Source: a virus
Taxonomy: Duplodnaviria > Caudoviricetes
IMG/VR virus record: IMGVR_UViG_3300042386_000659
Span: 36,768 to 100,767 of that record
Strand: one strand, 5' to 3'
Length of the DNA stretch: 64,000 nt
Part shown: positions 1-9,813 of the stretch, in pieces
How positions within the stretch are numbered: the first letter of the stretch is position 1
Layout: each line of letters starts with the position of its first letter
Program-made: the position numbers and the translations under genes
The notes under the pieces: generated by a model
The model's database searches: none
Seen by the model: the letters and a program-made list of their open reading frames with translations, nothing else
Told to the model about the DNA's origin: nothing

Positions 1-27
1 AAACCTCCGAATATTCTTTCCATGTGT

Positions 28-59
28 CAAATATATAAAATTCTTTTGGTAATTCCAAA
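28..59 (-). promoter_or_regulatory. Bacteroidota-type housekeeping promoter (TTTG-N20-TATATTTG) for a gene starting at 23 and running off the window
   Basis: Minus strand reads TTTG gaattaccaaaagaatttta TATATTTG acac ATG, matching the -33 TTTG / -7 TAnnTTTG consensus. Confidence 0.6.
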
Positions 60-70
60 TAATTATAGGT

Positions 71-436
71 ATGTCAGTTCACATTAACAACAAAACTTTC
101 AATGCCGAATATCTATCCCAACCAGAGGACATAAGTCGTGGTATGATGGGTAGAAAGTCGTTAGACGGTTGTATGGTTTTTAAAATGGGAAAAGGTCATC
201 ATTCATTTTGGATGAAGAATTGTCTAATCCCACTTGATATTGTCTTTGTACTTAACAACCGTATCAATCGTATTCATTCCAATTGTCCTGTTGAAGATTC
301 ACATAGGATGACTCTACCTCGTTACACCGGTATTGGTGACCACGTAATAGAATTTCCTGCAGGAACTACTGATGGTTGGAAAGTGGGTGATCGTGTTGCA
401 ATGTATCTTGGTTCTCCTCAGAATCCTGTTCGATAG
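71..436 (+). CDS. DUF192 family protein
   Basis: RGMMGR...MVF...FWMKNCLIPLDIVF...VIEFPAG is the typical DUF192 pattern. Confidence 0.85.
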   Translation: MSVHINNKTFNAEYLSQPEDISRGMMGRKSLDGCMVFKMGKGHHSFWMKNCLIPLDIVFVLNNRINRIHSNCPVEDSHRMTLPRYTGIGDHVIEFPAGTTDGWKVGDRVAMYLGSPQNPVR

Positions 437-1079
437 GACTATCGTATTTCACTCTTGGTTTAACCTTTTCAAACACCCAAAAATAACTGTGATATTTTCG
501 AGCGTGTTCTTGTTTAGTCCACTTGGTACCAAAGCTATTAATACGGACGTTTGATGTGAGGATGAATAAGTCTCTCGGATAGAATCCTAATTCCTGTGCC
601 ATATTCATAACCATAACGTGAGAAAAATGATTCTTACCTCCAGATACCGTGTCTTGACATTTAAAGACTACGTAACCACCTTTCTCACAAACTCGGTACA
701 ATTCCTTCAATGTGTTAAAATAGTGGTTTTTTAGGTGGTTATATGACTCATAACCCTCAAATCTCTTTGCTATAATCGAACTACCCTCTTTATTATCACG
801 ATAAGACTTACCAGCAATAACAAAAGGTGGGTCAAACATAATACTTTTCATCGTTCCGTCTGCAAACGACAAATTCTCTGAACTACATTCCACAACCGTA
901 TCATTAACAGGATAAATGTCGGATTTATTAATCGGTGATGGTAAATCTTTCCAAAAATTACCTTTTGAATATGTACAATCTAAATCGAATCTTTCGATAT
1001 TATAGAGAAACATAATGTTTTTAATTGCGTCGTAGTTACTGTTGTAAACACTTTTTACGGGTTTAAAGTCTTTTTCCAT
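366..1079 (-). CDS. Putative amino (N6A/N4C) DNA methyltransferase
   Basis: DCTYSKGNFW SAM-binding-like motif and FDPPF catalytic motif IV. Confidence 0.7.
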   Translation of the reverse strand: MEKDFKPVKSVYNSNYDAIKNIMFLYNIERFDLDCTYSKGNFWKDLPSPINKSDIYPVNDTVVECSSENLSFADGTMKSIMFDPPFVIAGKSYRDNKEGSSIIAKRFEGYESYNHLKNHYFNTLKELYRVCEKGGYVVFKCQDTVSGGKNHFSHVMVMNMAQELGFYPRDLFILTSNVRINSFGTKWTKQEHARKYHSYFWVFEKVKPRVKYDSPIEQDSEENQDTLQHDHPLSNHQ

Positions 1080-1167
1080 TTGTTTTTTAATATTTTTTTT
1101 GTATACTTTAGTAAAATATAGGAAATAAAAAACAATAAACCAAAATATTTATAAAAAAACAATCACT

Positions 1168-1332
1168 ATGGCCTGCGGATGTAAAAAAAACAACTCTAAC
1201 CCACAACCTGTTCAACCAACGAACATAACTTTAAGTGAAACAGGAACACCTGTCGTTACACAACCGGCACCCGCACCGACAACAAATCAAACGGGGGTTG
1301 ATGTAATTATTGACCGTTTAAATAATCAATAA
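1168..1332 (+). CDS. Small 54-aa protein (MACGCKK... Pro/Thr/Gln-rich), not in ORF track
   Basis: Read directly: ATG 1168 to TAA 1332; TATTTATA and an A-rich leader upstream, hairpins downstream. Confidence 0.6.
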   Translation: MACGCKKNNSNPQPVQPTNITLSETGTPVVTQPAPAPTTNQTGVDVIIDRLNNQ

Positions 1333-1333
1333 T

Positions 1334-1386
1334 ATCGTTTATACTAACGATTAAATGAAGTATCGTCTTAATTGACGATATTTTTT
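1334..1386 (+). promoter_or_regulatory. Two tandem ATCGT-N8-ACGAT inverted repeats; the second is followed by T6 (terminator and/or operator)
   Basis: atcgtt-tatact-aacgat (1334-1351) and tatcgtc-ttaatt-gacgata-tttttt (1361-1386). Confidence 0.5.
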
Positions 1387-1422
1387 AATCATTTCAGTAT
1401 ATAAGAATATATATAAAACAAT

Positions 1423-1620
1423 ATGAAAGTAGAAACAAAATTAACAAGTGTTAACATTTTAGATGATGTTTACAGGAAGTTTAAAATTAAATCAATTGAG
1501 GGTTCAATGAACCTACAAAAATTAGTAAATCGTTCTTTAGATTTATATTCTAAAGATGAAAACTTTAGAAACTCAATAAACAACCATAATGGTTTAGCAA
1601 CAACAGGATCCAAATTTTAA
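1423..1620 (+). CDS. Small protein, possible ribbon-helix-helix DNA-binding protein
   Basis: Alternating strand TSVNI followed by two helices (DDVYRKFKIKS, LQKLVNRSLDLY); first gene of the operon. Confidence 0.45.
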   Translation: MKVETKLTSVNILDDVYRKFKIKSIEGSMNLQKLVNRSLDLYSKDENFRNSINNHNGLATTGSKF

Positions 1621-1621
1621 T

Positions 1622-2980
1622 ATGAAGAAAAAAATATTATTACTATCTGATGATTTAAGAATGACAAGTGGTATTGCCACAATGTCGAAAGAAATTGTGA
1701 TGGGTACCATTCACAAATATGATTGGGTACAATTAGGTGCGGCAATTAAACATCCAGAGTTTGGTAAAGTTGTTGATGTTAACGACGATATTAGAACAAG
1801 GACTGGTGTTAAAGATGCTAATTTGAAAATTATTCCATATAATGGTTATGGTGACGTTGGTATTCTTCGTAAATTAATAGATGAAGAAAAACCTGACGCC
1901 ATTTTACACTTTACTGACCCACATTATTGGCAGTGGTTGTACGATGTGGAACACGAAATAAGGCAACAAACTCCAATATTATTTTATCATATATGGGATG
2001 ATTTACCAGACCCACAATATAATAGAGATGTTTTTGAATCTTGCGATTGGTTGGGTTGTATATCTAAACAAACGTATGGTATTGTACATCGTGTTGGTAA
2101 GAGAACTGATAAAGTAACATTTAATCCATTGAAGAATTGGCAAATTAGTTATGTTCCTCATGGTATTAATCCTGATTTATTTAAACCATTGGATAGAATA
2201 TCAGATGATATTAATAATTTAATTCATGGTGATAAGAAATATGATTTTGTTTTATTCTTTAACAGTAGAAACATTAGAAGAAAGCAACCAAGTGATGTAA
2301 TTTATTCATTTAGATTGTTCTGTGATATGTTATCAAAAGAAAAGGCAGATAAATGTTTATTACTAATGCACACAAATCCTGTTGATGAAAATGGTACTGA
2401 TTTACCTGCGGTAATTGATGCCGTTTGTAAAGATTACGATGTTAAGTTCACCAATTTAAAATTGGAACAAGATAAGTTAAATGAGATTTACAATGGTGTT
2501 GATTGTACAATTAACATTGCAAACAATGAGGGATTTGGTTTAACAACCGCAGAGAGTTTAATGGCGGGTGTACCAATCATTGTTAATGTTACTGGCGGAT
2601 TACAAGACCAATGTGGATTTGATTATACTGAAGATGATTACATTAATGTAGGTACACTTCACAATAAAGAAGTACATGGCAACATAAATCATGGTGATTG
2701 GGTTGAACCTGTTTGGTCATCGGCAATTAATCTAAATGGTTCGGTACCAACACCATATATCTTCGATGATAGAGTTAATGACAATGATGTTGCAAATGCC
2801 ATCATGGAAATGTATAAAATTGGTAAGAAGAAAAGAAAAGAAAAAGGATTAAAGGGTAGAAAGTTTATGATTAACAATCTATCAAATAAAATAATGTGTG
2901 ATAAAATGATTGAGGGTATCGAACAAACCTTAGAGAATTTTAAGCCGAGAAGTAAATTTAATTTATACAAGATTATATAA
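1622..2980 (+). CDS. Glycosyltransferase, GT-B / family 4-like
   Basis: NIRRKQ and EGFGLTTAESLMAG (EX7E) motifs. Confidence 0.85.
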   Translation: MKKKILLLSDDLRMTSGIATMSKEIVMGTIHKYDWVQLGAAIKHPEFGKVVDVNDDIRTRTGVKDANLKIIPYNGYGDVGILRKLIDEEKPDAILHFTDPHYWQWLYDVEHEIRQQTPILFYHIWDDLPDPQYNRDVFESCDWLGCISKQTYGIVHRVGKRTDKVTFNPLKNWQISYVPHGINPDLFKPLDRISDDINNLIHGDKKYDFVLFFNSRNIRRKQPSDVIYSFRLFCDMLSKEKADKCLLLMHTNPVDENGTDLPAVIDAVCKDYDVKFTNLKLEQDKLNEIYNGVDCTINIANNEGFGLTTAESLMAGVPIIVNVTGGLQDQCGFDYTEDDYINVGTLHNKEVHGNINHGDWVEPVWSSAINLNGSVPTPYIFDDRVNDNDVANAIMEMYKIGKKKRKEKGLKGRKFMINNLSNKIMCDKMIEGIEQTLENFKPRSKFNLYKII

Positions 2981-2981
2981 T

Positions 2982-4229
2982 ATGAACAAACCATTTTTAT
3001 TATTTAGGGGACCAGTTAAAACAAGAAGTGGATACGGTGCACACTCAAGAGATTTGTTACAAGCACTTTATGAAATGGATTTGTTTGAAATTAAGATTGA
3101 TAGTTGTATGTGGGGTTCAACCCCGATGACAGCATTGGAAGATAATTTATTTCATAAATGGATTGAGTCTAATATTGTTAGTCAGTTAGAAAAGACACCA
3201 GACATTTACGTTCAAGTAACCGTTCCAAATGAATTCCAAAGAGTTGGTAAATTTAATATCGGAATTACTGCTGGTATTGAAACAACTATTGCACCTAAGG
3301 ATTGGATTGATGGTTGTAATAGAATGGATTTAATCATTACAACGTCCACGTTTTCAAAAGATGTTTTGTTACAAACAGTTTATAATGAGAATGAACAAAA
3401 CACGGGTAAGTTAATCAAACAACACAAAATCGAAAGACAGATAGAAGTACTATTCGAAGGTGTTGATACCAAAATATACAACAACGTTTATAACAACATT
3501 GACATTGACATCAAAGAAGATTTTGCTTACTTGTTTGTTGGTCATTGGTTAAAGGGTGACACAGGTCAAGATAGAAAAGATGTTGGTATGTTGATTAGAT
3601 GTTTCGCTGAAGCATTTAAGGATGTTGAAGATAGACCCGCACTTATACTTAAAACATCATCCGCATCGTTTTCAATTAAAGAAAGAGAAAGTTTTAGAAA
3701 GAAGATAGAAGGGTTAGTGAGTGATTATAAAAATCCACCATCAATCTATTTGTTGTTTGGTGATTTAACTAATGATGAAATGAATAATTTATATAATCAT
3801 CCTAAAGTTAAATCAATGGTGACGATTACAAAAGGTGAAGGGTTTGGTAGACCTTTATTAGAATTTACAATGACAGGTAAACCCGTAATCGCATCTAATT
3901 GGTCAGGACATAAGGATTTCTTACCTATGGATAAAGCAATTATGATTGGTGGTAAATTAACTGAGGTTCATGAAAGTGCAGTTGATACTTTTATATTAAA
4001 GGATTCTAAATGGTTTACCGCAAACTACAACGAAGTATCCGAAGTTTTTAAATTGGTTTACAAAGACTATGATAAGTTTTTAGAAAAGTCTATGATGTTG
4101 GGTGATGAGAATAAAGAAAAATTCTCAATGGAAAAAATGAAAGAGAAGTTTAAAGACATCATCAATCCATTCTCAATACAACCAAAAGAACAAAAACTAA
4201 TTTTACCTAAATTAACAAAAATTAAATAA
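2982..4229 (+). CDS. Glycosyltransferase, GT-B / family 4-like
   Basis: SGYG N-terminal motif, DRKDVG, GEGFGRPLLEF (EX7E). Confidence 0.85.
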   Translation: MNKPFLLFRGPVKTRSGYGAHSRDLLQALYEMDLFEIKIDSCMWGSTPMTALEDNLFHKWIESNIVSQLEKTPDIYVQVTVPNEFQRVGKFNIGITAGIETTIAPKDWIDGCNRMDLIITTSTFSKDVLLQTVYNENEQNTGKLIKQHKIERQIEVLFEGVDTKIYNNVYNNIDIDIKEDFAYLFVGHWLKGDTGQDRKDVGMLIRCFAEAFKDVEDRPALILKTSSASFSIKERESFRKKIEGLVSDYKNPPSIYLLFGDLTNDEMNNLYNHPKVKSMVTITKGEGFGRPLLEFTMTGKPVIASNWSGHKDFLPMDKAIMIGGKLTEVHESAVDTFILKDSKWFTANYNEVSEVFKLVYKDYDKFLEKSMMLGDENKEKFSMEKMKEKFKDIINPFSIQPKEQKLILPKLTKIK

Positions 4230-4230
4230 T

Positions 4231-4506
4231 ATGGCAAGAGGTAGAAAAAAAATAAAGGAGGAATTATTACAATCGGTTATTGATAAATTAACGGTTGACG
4301 ATAAACCAAAAATTGAAACGTATATGCCCTGTGAATGGATGATTCAATTTGATAATGACGAACCTCAATTATTCACAACTGCAGATGAAACCGTAGAATC
4401 ACCTGAGGTTATTATTAGGATACAAAATACTAACGAGGGTTATATTAAGTTTACCGACCCGACATCAGGTAAAACATTTAAATTATTTGCTAGACCAAAA
4501 AAATAG
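4231..4506 (+). CDS. Hypothetical protein (paralog of next ORF)
   Basis: Shares QFxNxEPxxF...KxFKLFAR with 4509..4745. Confidence 0.6.
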   Translation: MARGRKKIKEELLQSVIDKLTVDDKPKIETYMPCEWMIQFDNDEPQLFTTADETVESPEVIIRIQNTNEGYIKFTDPTSGKTFKLFARPKK

Positions 4507-4508
4507 TA

Positions 4509-4745
4509 ATGAACTTCAAATTTTTCAAAGGTGATGAAACACCAACACTTCTTTTTCAACCACATACATTTACACCAGAGAATGTTGAGTTTTGTTTTCA
4601 GTTCGGAAACAATGAACCTATTGTATTTGCAACAGGACCAAATGAATGTTCAATTCGATTAAGTCCAACTTCAGATACCAGTATGTTGTTCACCGACAAT
4701 GATAAAGAGTTTAAATTATTTGCAAGGGAGATACAAAATGGTTAA
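4509..4745 (+). CDS. Hypothetical protein
   Basis: Tightly packed ORF, paralogous to 4231..4506. Confidence 0.6.
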   Translation: MNFKFFKGDETPTLLFQPHTFTPENVEFCFQFGNNEPIVFATGPNECSIRLSPTSDTSMLFTDNDKEFKLFAREIQNG

Positions 4746-4986
4746 GAATTTTAAATTTTTTCACGGGGTAATTAGAAGTACGTTAACCGCAACGTGGTCA
4801 GCACAAGAACATGAGCATTATGGTATAGATGCTGAGGCGGAATTAACTAGAATGATGTCGGAAGAAATTGCCAGAGGTATTGATGAAGAAATTATTAATG
4901 TAATAACAAGAAGTATAAACGGCGGTGGTAATCATGGTTTTGATTATTTAAACCATTGGTTAAGAATGGGGGAAAATAGAGCATGA
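4738..4986 (+). CDS. Small protein containing a T4 gp23-like major capsid protein segment
   Basis: RSTLTATWSAQE...YGIDAEAELTRMMSEEIARGIDEEII resembles the conserved gp23 stretch RxLKAxW..ExAQDL...HGIDAExEL..ILS.EI..EIDREI; probable start ATG 4738. Confidence 0.55.
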   Translation: MVKNFKFFHGVIRSTLTATWSAQEHEHYGIDAEAELTRMMSEEIARGIDEEIINVITRSINGGGNHGFDYLNHWLRMGENRA

Positions 4987-5168
4987 AATGTGAAAGACAT
5001 AGTTGGGACACGGATGATAGAGAGTGGTGTTGGAAATGTGAGGAATTAACAATAAATGAAAATAAAAAGAAATATGAAGATAAGTTTTGCAATAACAGTT
5101 TGCAAGGAATTGGAGGAGATAAAGAGATTAGTACCTTTCTTACTGAAACACAAAAGAGTTCAGGATGA
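4983..5168 (+). CDS. Possible small Cys/His-containing hypothetical protein
   Basis: ATGA overlap with the upstream gene and CxxH..CxxC, but its 3' half overlaps the next gene in another frame. Confidence 0.3.
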   Translation: MKCERHSWDTDDREWCWKCEELTINENKKKYEDKFCNNSLQGIGGDKEISTFLTETQKSSG

Positions 5169-5697
5169 GATAGTGGTTCTCTATGATGAAAAGAATGGTG
5201 ATAAAGAAGTTTTAGAATTCTTATTACCATATAATAAATTACCAAATGTACAAACATGGAGGTGTTTTGATTGGAACAATAACTTTGCAGATTGGAAAAA
5301 TATTCTTAATGGTTATTGTGAAGGTGATTACATTTATCAAATCGATGCTGACGAAATGATTAGTGAGTATATGGTTAAGAATTTATCAGACATATTAGAA
5401 ATGAATCCAGATGTGGACTTAATATTTGTTCCAAGAATTAATACAGTTCAAGGTTTAACTGATGAACATATTAAAAAGTGGGGATGGAAAATTAACGAAA
5501 ATGGATGGGTTAACTATCCTGACGCACAAGGAAGAATCTATAAGAAAGGAATGAGTTGGTATGGTAAAGTACATGAGAGGATTCTCGGTGGTCAGAAATT
5601 TTCATCGTTACCAACCGACGATGATGATTATTGTATACAACACCATAAGACAATAAATCGACAAGAAAAACAAAATCAATTTTATAATTCAATATGA
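5074..5697 (+). CDS. Glycosyltransferase family 2
   Basis: ISFAITVC start, IDADE (DxD), GKVHE motif; start placed at second Met. Confidence 0.85.
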   Translation: MKISFAITVCKELEEIKRLVPFLLKHKRVQDEIVVLYDEKNGDKEVLEFLLPYNKLPNVQTWRCFDWNNNFADWKNILNGYCEGDYIYQIDADEMISEYMVKNLSDILEMNPDVDLIFVPRINTVQGLTDEHIKKWGWKINENGWVNYPDAQGRIYKKGMSWYGKVHERILGGQKFSSLPTDDDDYCIQHHKTINRQEKQNQFYNSI

Positions 5698-6308
5698 AAT
5701 ATCAATATCCAGAACACTTCAAGTATCCAAACGAAAGGATATTCTTTACTGACCATATAGATTTATGGGAAGAATTTTTAGGTCAGTTAAAAAACAAACC
5801 AAATATCACTTTAGAGATTGGTGCATTATATGGCGGTTCCTCTGTTTATATATTAGAAGAATATTGTAAGTTAGAAGGTTCTCATCATTACATCATGGAC
5901 ATCAACACCAATGAGTTTATAGAAAATAATATTGAACCATATACTGGTAAGGTAAGTTACTTACTTGGTGAATCAGCAGATGCATTTAAAGTTTTGGAAC
6001 ACGATGGTTTAAATAAAGAATTCTTAGACTTAATATACATAGATGGTAACCACATGTCTAAGTATGTTTTAGAAGATGCGGTTAACGCTTTCTATTGTTT
6101 AAAAGACGGTGGGTATCTTGTATTTGATGATTACGGTGGGGGTTGGGAACAACCTAGACATATGCAAGTTAGGACCGCAGCAGATGCGTTTATGGATGCA
6201 TATGTAAATCACTTTAAAATATTACACAAAGGATACCAATTAATTTTACAAAAAACAAACTACGTTAACATAATTGAATTTAAAGAAAATTATTATAAAA
6301 CATTATAA
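5694..6308 (+). CDS. Class I SAM-dependent methyltransferase (Methyltransf_24-like)
   Basis: LEIGALYGGS, IYIDGNH, LKDGGYLVFDDY. Confidence 0.85.
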   Translation: MKYQYPEHFKYPNERIFFTDHIDLWEEFLGQLKNKPNITLEIGALYGGSSVYILEEYCKLEGSHHYIMDINTNEFIENNIEPYTGKVSYLLGESADAFKVLEHDGLNKEFLDLIYIDGNHMSKYVLEDAVNAFYCLKDGGYLVFDDYGGGWEQPRHMQVRTAADAFMDAYVNHFKILHKGYQLILQKTNYVNIIEFKENYYKTL

Positions 6309-6346
6309 AATATCAAAAAAATTAACTATATTATAAAAAAAACACA

Positions 6347-7528
6347 ATGAAAAAAGAGATACCATTATTTAAGGTTTTTATGGCAGACACCGCCGCAGAT
6401 AAAGTCGCCAAAGTATTAAACAGCGGATTTATTGGTCAGGGACCTGTCGTGGATGAGTTTGAAAATACACTTAGTCAATATTTTCAACACCCTTACATTT
6501 CGACATTAAACGCAGCAACATCTGCAGAACATTTAGCGTTACATCTAATTAAGAAACCATTCAGATTTACAAAGGCAGATGGTTATGGTGTTAGAGAAAA
6601 CGTATGGGACGGTATGAAAGATGGTGATGAGGTTTTAACAACCGCATTAACCTGTACCGCAACTAACTGGCCAATACTTGCTAACAATTTCAAAATCAAA
6701 TGGGTGGATATTGACCCTAAGACTTTGAATATGGACATGGATGATTTAGAAAGAAAAATTGGTCCTAAAACAAGAGCAATTATGGTTGTCCATTGGGGTG
6801 GTTATCCTGTTGATTTGGATAGACTTAGACAAATCCAAGAAAAGTCTTTACGTATGTACGGATTCAAACCAGCTGTCATTGAAGATTGTGCACATGCTAT
6901 GGGTAGTAAGTATAAGGGTAAATTGATTGGTACACATGGTAACATCTGTACATTCTCTTTACAAGCAATTAAACATATCACATCAGTTGATGGTGGATTG
7001 TTATTCTTACCACACGAGGAATTAAATAGAAGAGCTCGTTTATTAAGATGGTATGGTATTGATAGAGACTCACCAAGAAAAGACTTTAGATGTGAAGCAG
7101 ATATCGAAGAGTGGGGTTTCAAATTCCATATGAATGATGTCAATGCAGCAATTGGAATGGAGAACTTTAAACACGTTGATGAGATTGTTGGCAAACATAA
7201 GTCAAACGCAAAATACTATGACGATAATTTAAAGTATGTACCAGGTTTAACTTTATTAGAAAGAAATCCTGATATGGAAAGTGCGTTTTGGATTTACTCA
7301 TTGTTAGTTGAAAGAAAGGGTGACTTCATGAAATATATGAAAGAGTGTGGAATTGCAGTTTCTCAAGTTCACGAGAGAAATGATATTCATACTTGTGTTA
7401 AAGATTATCGTGCAATGTTGCCTAACTTAGATAGAACTATCGGTAGTGTTATATCAATCCCAATTGGTTGGTGGTTAACAGAAGAAGATAGAAAGTATAT
7501 TGTGGATTGTATTAAAAAGGGTTGGTAA
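6347..7528 (+). CDS. DegT/DnrJ/EryC1/StrS PLP-dependent sugar aminotransferase
   Basis: VVHWGG, IEDCAHAMG, FSLQAIKHITSVDGG (PLP lysine). Confidence 0.92.
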   Translation: MKKEIPLFKVFMADTAADKVAKVLNSGFIGQGPVVDEFENTLSQYFQHPYISTLNAATSAEHLALHLIKKPFRFTKADGYGVRENVWDGMKDGDEVLTTALTCTATNWPILANNFKIKWVDIDPKTLNMDMDDLERKIGPKTRAIMVVHWGGYPVDLDRLRQIQEKSLRMYGFKPAVIEDCAHAMGSKYKGKLIGTHGNICTFSLQAIKHITSVDGGLLFLPHEELNRRARLLRWYGIDRDSPRKDFRCEADIEEWGFKFHMNDVNAAIGMENFKHVDEIVGKHKSNAKYYDDNLKYVPGLTLLERNPDMESAFWIYSLLVERKGDFMKYMKECGIAVSQVHERNDIHTCVKDYRAMLPNLDRTIGSVISIPIGWWLTEEDRKYIVDCIKKGW

Positions 7529-8493
7529 TGGAAAGAGTGGTTTACGATTCATTTTTGAAATCTGATGTAACGGAGTTTGCGTTAGGTTATGATAAAGTTA
7601 AAAACCATACTTGGTATGATAACTTAAATTACATGGTTGATTTATCTAAAAAATATTTCAATGAAGATGATTTCATTATGGACTACTCTTGTGGTACTGG
7701 AATTTTTTGTGAGAGATTATTGAAATCAATGATTGATTGTCCAAGAATTTTAATGATGGACTCCTCACCAAAATATCTAAAACTATCACATGATAAATTT
7801 GGTAGAAATTATAAATTTCATTTTAGAGTTATCAATTACCTTAAAGATGAAGGTAGACTACAAACAATATCGGAGGTCTTAGGTAAAGAATATGAACAAT
7901 TATTAGATGGTATTGTTTGTACAAATGCAATTCACCTTTATCCAACAATAGATGAGACAATTAAATCTTGGAATAAAATTTTAGTTAGGGGCGGTAAGTT
8001 ATTAATTAATTCAGGTAACATCTATAACCCACTAATGGGTGAAGAAACCAAATTGATTGACCAAACGGTAAATGAGATATCCCACTTATCATATGACATT
8101 GTGAGGGAGAATCCAAAATATTCCAAATATGTTGATTTAATCAATGATTTTGACTATATTAATAAACATAACACATTAAGAGATAAATATTTTTTACCCA
8201 TTAGACCCATCGATTTTTACACAGATGAGTTAATTAAAAATGGATTTAAAATTGTAGAAGTTAAAACCATTAATGTTGACGCAAAGGTAGACGAATGGTT
8301 TGACTTCTTAAAAGTTTATCACGAAGGTATTATCGGTTGGATTGGTGGTTCTAAAAAAATCACGGGTATTGAACCAAGTGAAGATGAAATCAACGACAGA
8401 GTTGATATTATCAAATTGGCATTAACAAAAATGTTTAATAACCAAAACGACTTTAAGGCGTGTTGGAACTATATAATTTGTGAAAAAATATGA
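7528..8493 (+). CDS. Class I SAM-dependent methyltransferase
   Basis: MDYSCGTG motif I, LVRGGKLLI. Confidence 0.75.
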   Translation: MERVVYDSFLKSDVTEFALGYDKVKNHTWYDNLNYMVDLSKKYFNEDDFIMDYSCGTGIFCERLLKSMIDCPRILMMDSSPKYLKLSHDKFGRNYKFHFRVINYLKDEGRLQTISEVLGKEYEQLLDGIVCTNAIHLYPTIDETIKSWNKILVRGGKLLINSGNIYNPLMGEETKLIDQTVNEISHLSYDIVRENPKYSKYVDLINDFDYINKHNTLRDKYFLPIRPIDFYTDELIKNGFKIVEVKTINVDAKVDEWFDFLKVYHEGIIGWIGGSKKITGIEPSEDEINDRVDIIKLALTKMFNNQNDFKACWNYIICEKI

Positions 8494-9059
8494 AAGTAGG
8501 TTGGAACGAGGAGATTAAAAAAGAATTAGGATATTGTGGTAACAACGTTGTGATTGGTCATAACGTTGTTTTTACTAACCCTAAAAATGTGTTCTTAGGT
8601 GATAACGTTAGGATTGATCCATTTTGTTTAATTACAACCGCATTGGAGGTTGGTAGTTACGCTCAAATATGTTCTCATGCGGTACTAGGTGGTGGCAACC
8701 AACATAAGATTACTTTAGGTAAATGGAATTTCATTGGGTATGGTTCCAAACTGTTCTGCGCATCGGAAGATTATAGTGGTGAGTTTGGTCCTGTAAATGA
8801 ATACTGGGGTAACAATAAAATTTTTAGAGGTGATATCACATTTAAAGATTATTCAGGAATAGCGTCTGACGTTATGGTTTTACCAGGAGTTACCTTCCCT
8901 GAAGGTTGTACCATTGGTGCTAAAAGTTTTGTCTACTCAAAATCAGAATTAAAAGAGTGGTCGGTTTATTTAGGTAACCCATTATCTTTCCATAAAGAAA
9001 GAAATAAAGAAAATGTTATCAACTTTTCAAACGACCCAAATTTTTTAAAGAGTAGATGA
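8490..9059 (+). CDS. Hexapeptide-repeat (left-handed beta-helix) sugar acyltransferase
   Basis: Repeated [IVL]GxxxxI units; VLPGVT...IGAKSFV...VYLGNP. Confidence 0.85.
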   Translation: MKVGWNEEIKKELGYCGNNVVIGHNVVFTNPKNVFLGDNVRIDPFCLITTALEVGSYAQICSHAVLGGGNQHKITLGKWNFIGYGSKLFCASEDYSGEFGPVNEYWGNNKIFRGDITFKDYSGIASDVMVLPGVTFPEGCTIGAKSFVYSKSELKEWSVYLGNPLSFHKERNKENVINFSNDPNFLKSR

Positions 9060-9799
9060 GTAAATGTTTAAAAATAATTTGTTGTTACTTCGGTAGAAGA
9101 GGTAGTCATCATAACACACCGTCAAATATTTTTGATTTTGTTAAATTGATGATTGACAATGAATTAACAATAGATAACGGTATCAACACCGATGTGGTTT
9201 TTGTTATTAATGAATCAAATGACCAAGAGAATAGAGACTATATGTTATCTCTTAATGGTAAAGAAACAAAAAATGGTAAATTAATAATAGAAACCAGACA
9301 TAATCAAAAAGGTTCTTTTGGTGCATATTACGATATGTTTTTAAAATACAAAGATGACTATAGTCATTTCTTTTTTTGTGAGGACGATGTTTTAATTGAC
9401 AGAGAACATTACATGAAAGAATTTGTAGAATTTTGTGATAGTGGTGACGATATTGGGTTTGTTAGTTTAGCTCCTATCTATGTTGGTAGAACATATCCAA
9501 AACATTCGGGAGGAGGTTGTGGATTAACAAGTAGAGAAAAGTTTTTAAATGCAAATCCAATTGATTTTATTACGTCGTTTTTAAATGATCCAAGAAAAGA
9601 TTCTATAAACGCCACGTATGAAAAATTAACAAGATTGGAAATTGAGTTCACGAATAGGTTTGTCTTAAAGAACATGAACATATTCAATCACCCAAAATTT
9701 AGTCCATTATGTTCAAATTATTCCACACATTTTGGTCATAGAAATAACTTTAAAGAGGAATATTTGAAATTAGAATTTATATATAAAGTTGGGTTTTAA
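9056..9799 (+). CDS. Hypothetical protein, GT-A-like
   Basis: FFFCEDDVLI acidic motif; located in the glycosylation operon. Confidence 0.45.
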   Translation: MSKCLKIICCYFGRRGSHHNTPSNIFDFVKLMIDNELTIDNGINTDVVFVINESNDQENRDYMLSLNGKETKNGKLIIETRHNQKGSFGAYYDMFLKYKDDYSHFFFCEDDVLIDREHYMKEFVEFCDSGDDIGFVSLAPIYVGRTYPKHSGGGCGLTSREKFLNANPIDFITSFLNDPRKDSINATYEKLTRLEIEFTNRFVLKNMNIFNHPKFSPLCSNYSTHFGHRNNFKEEYLKLEFIYKVGF

Positions 9800-9813
9800 A
9801 AATATTTATTAAT

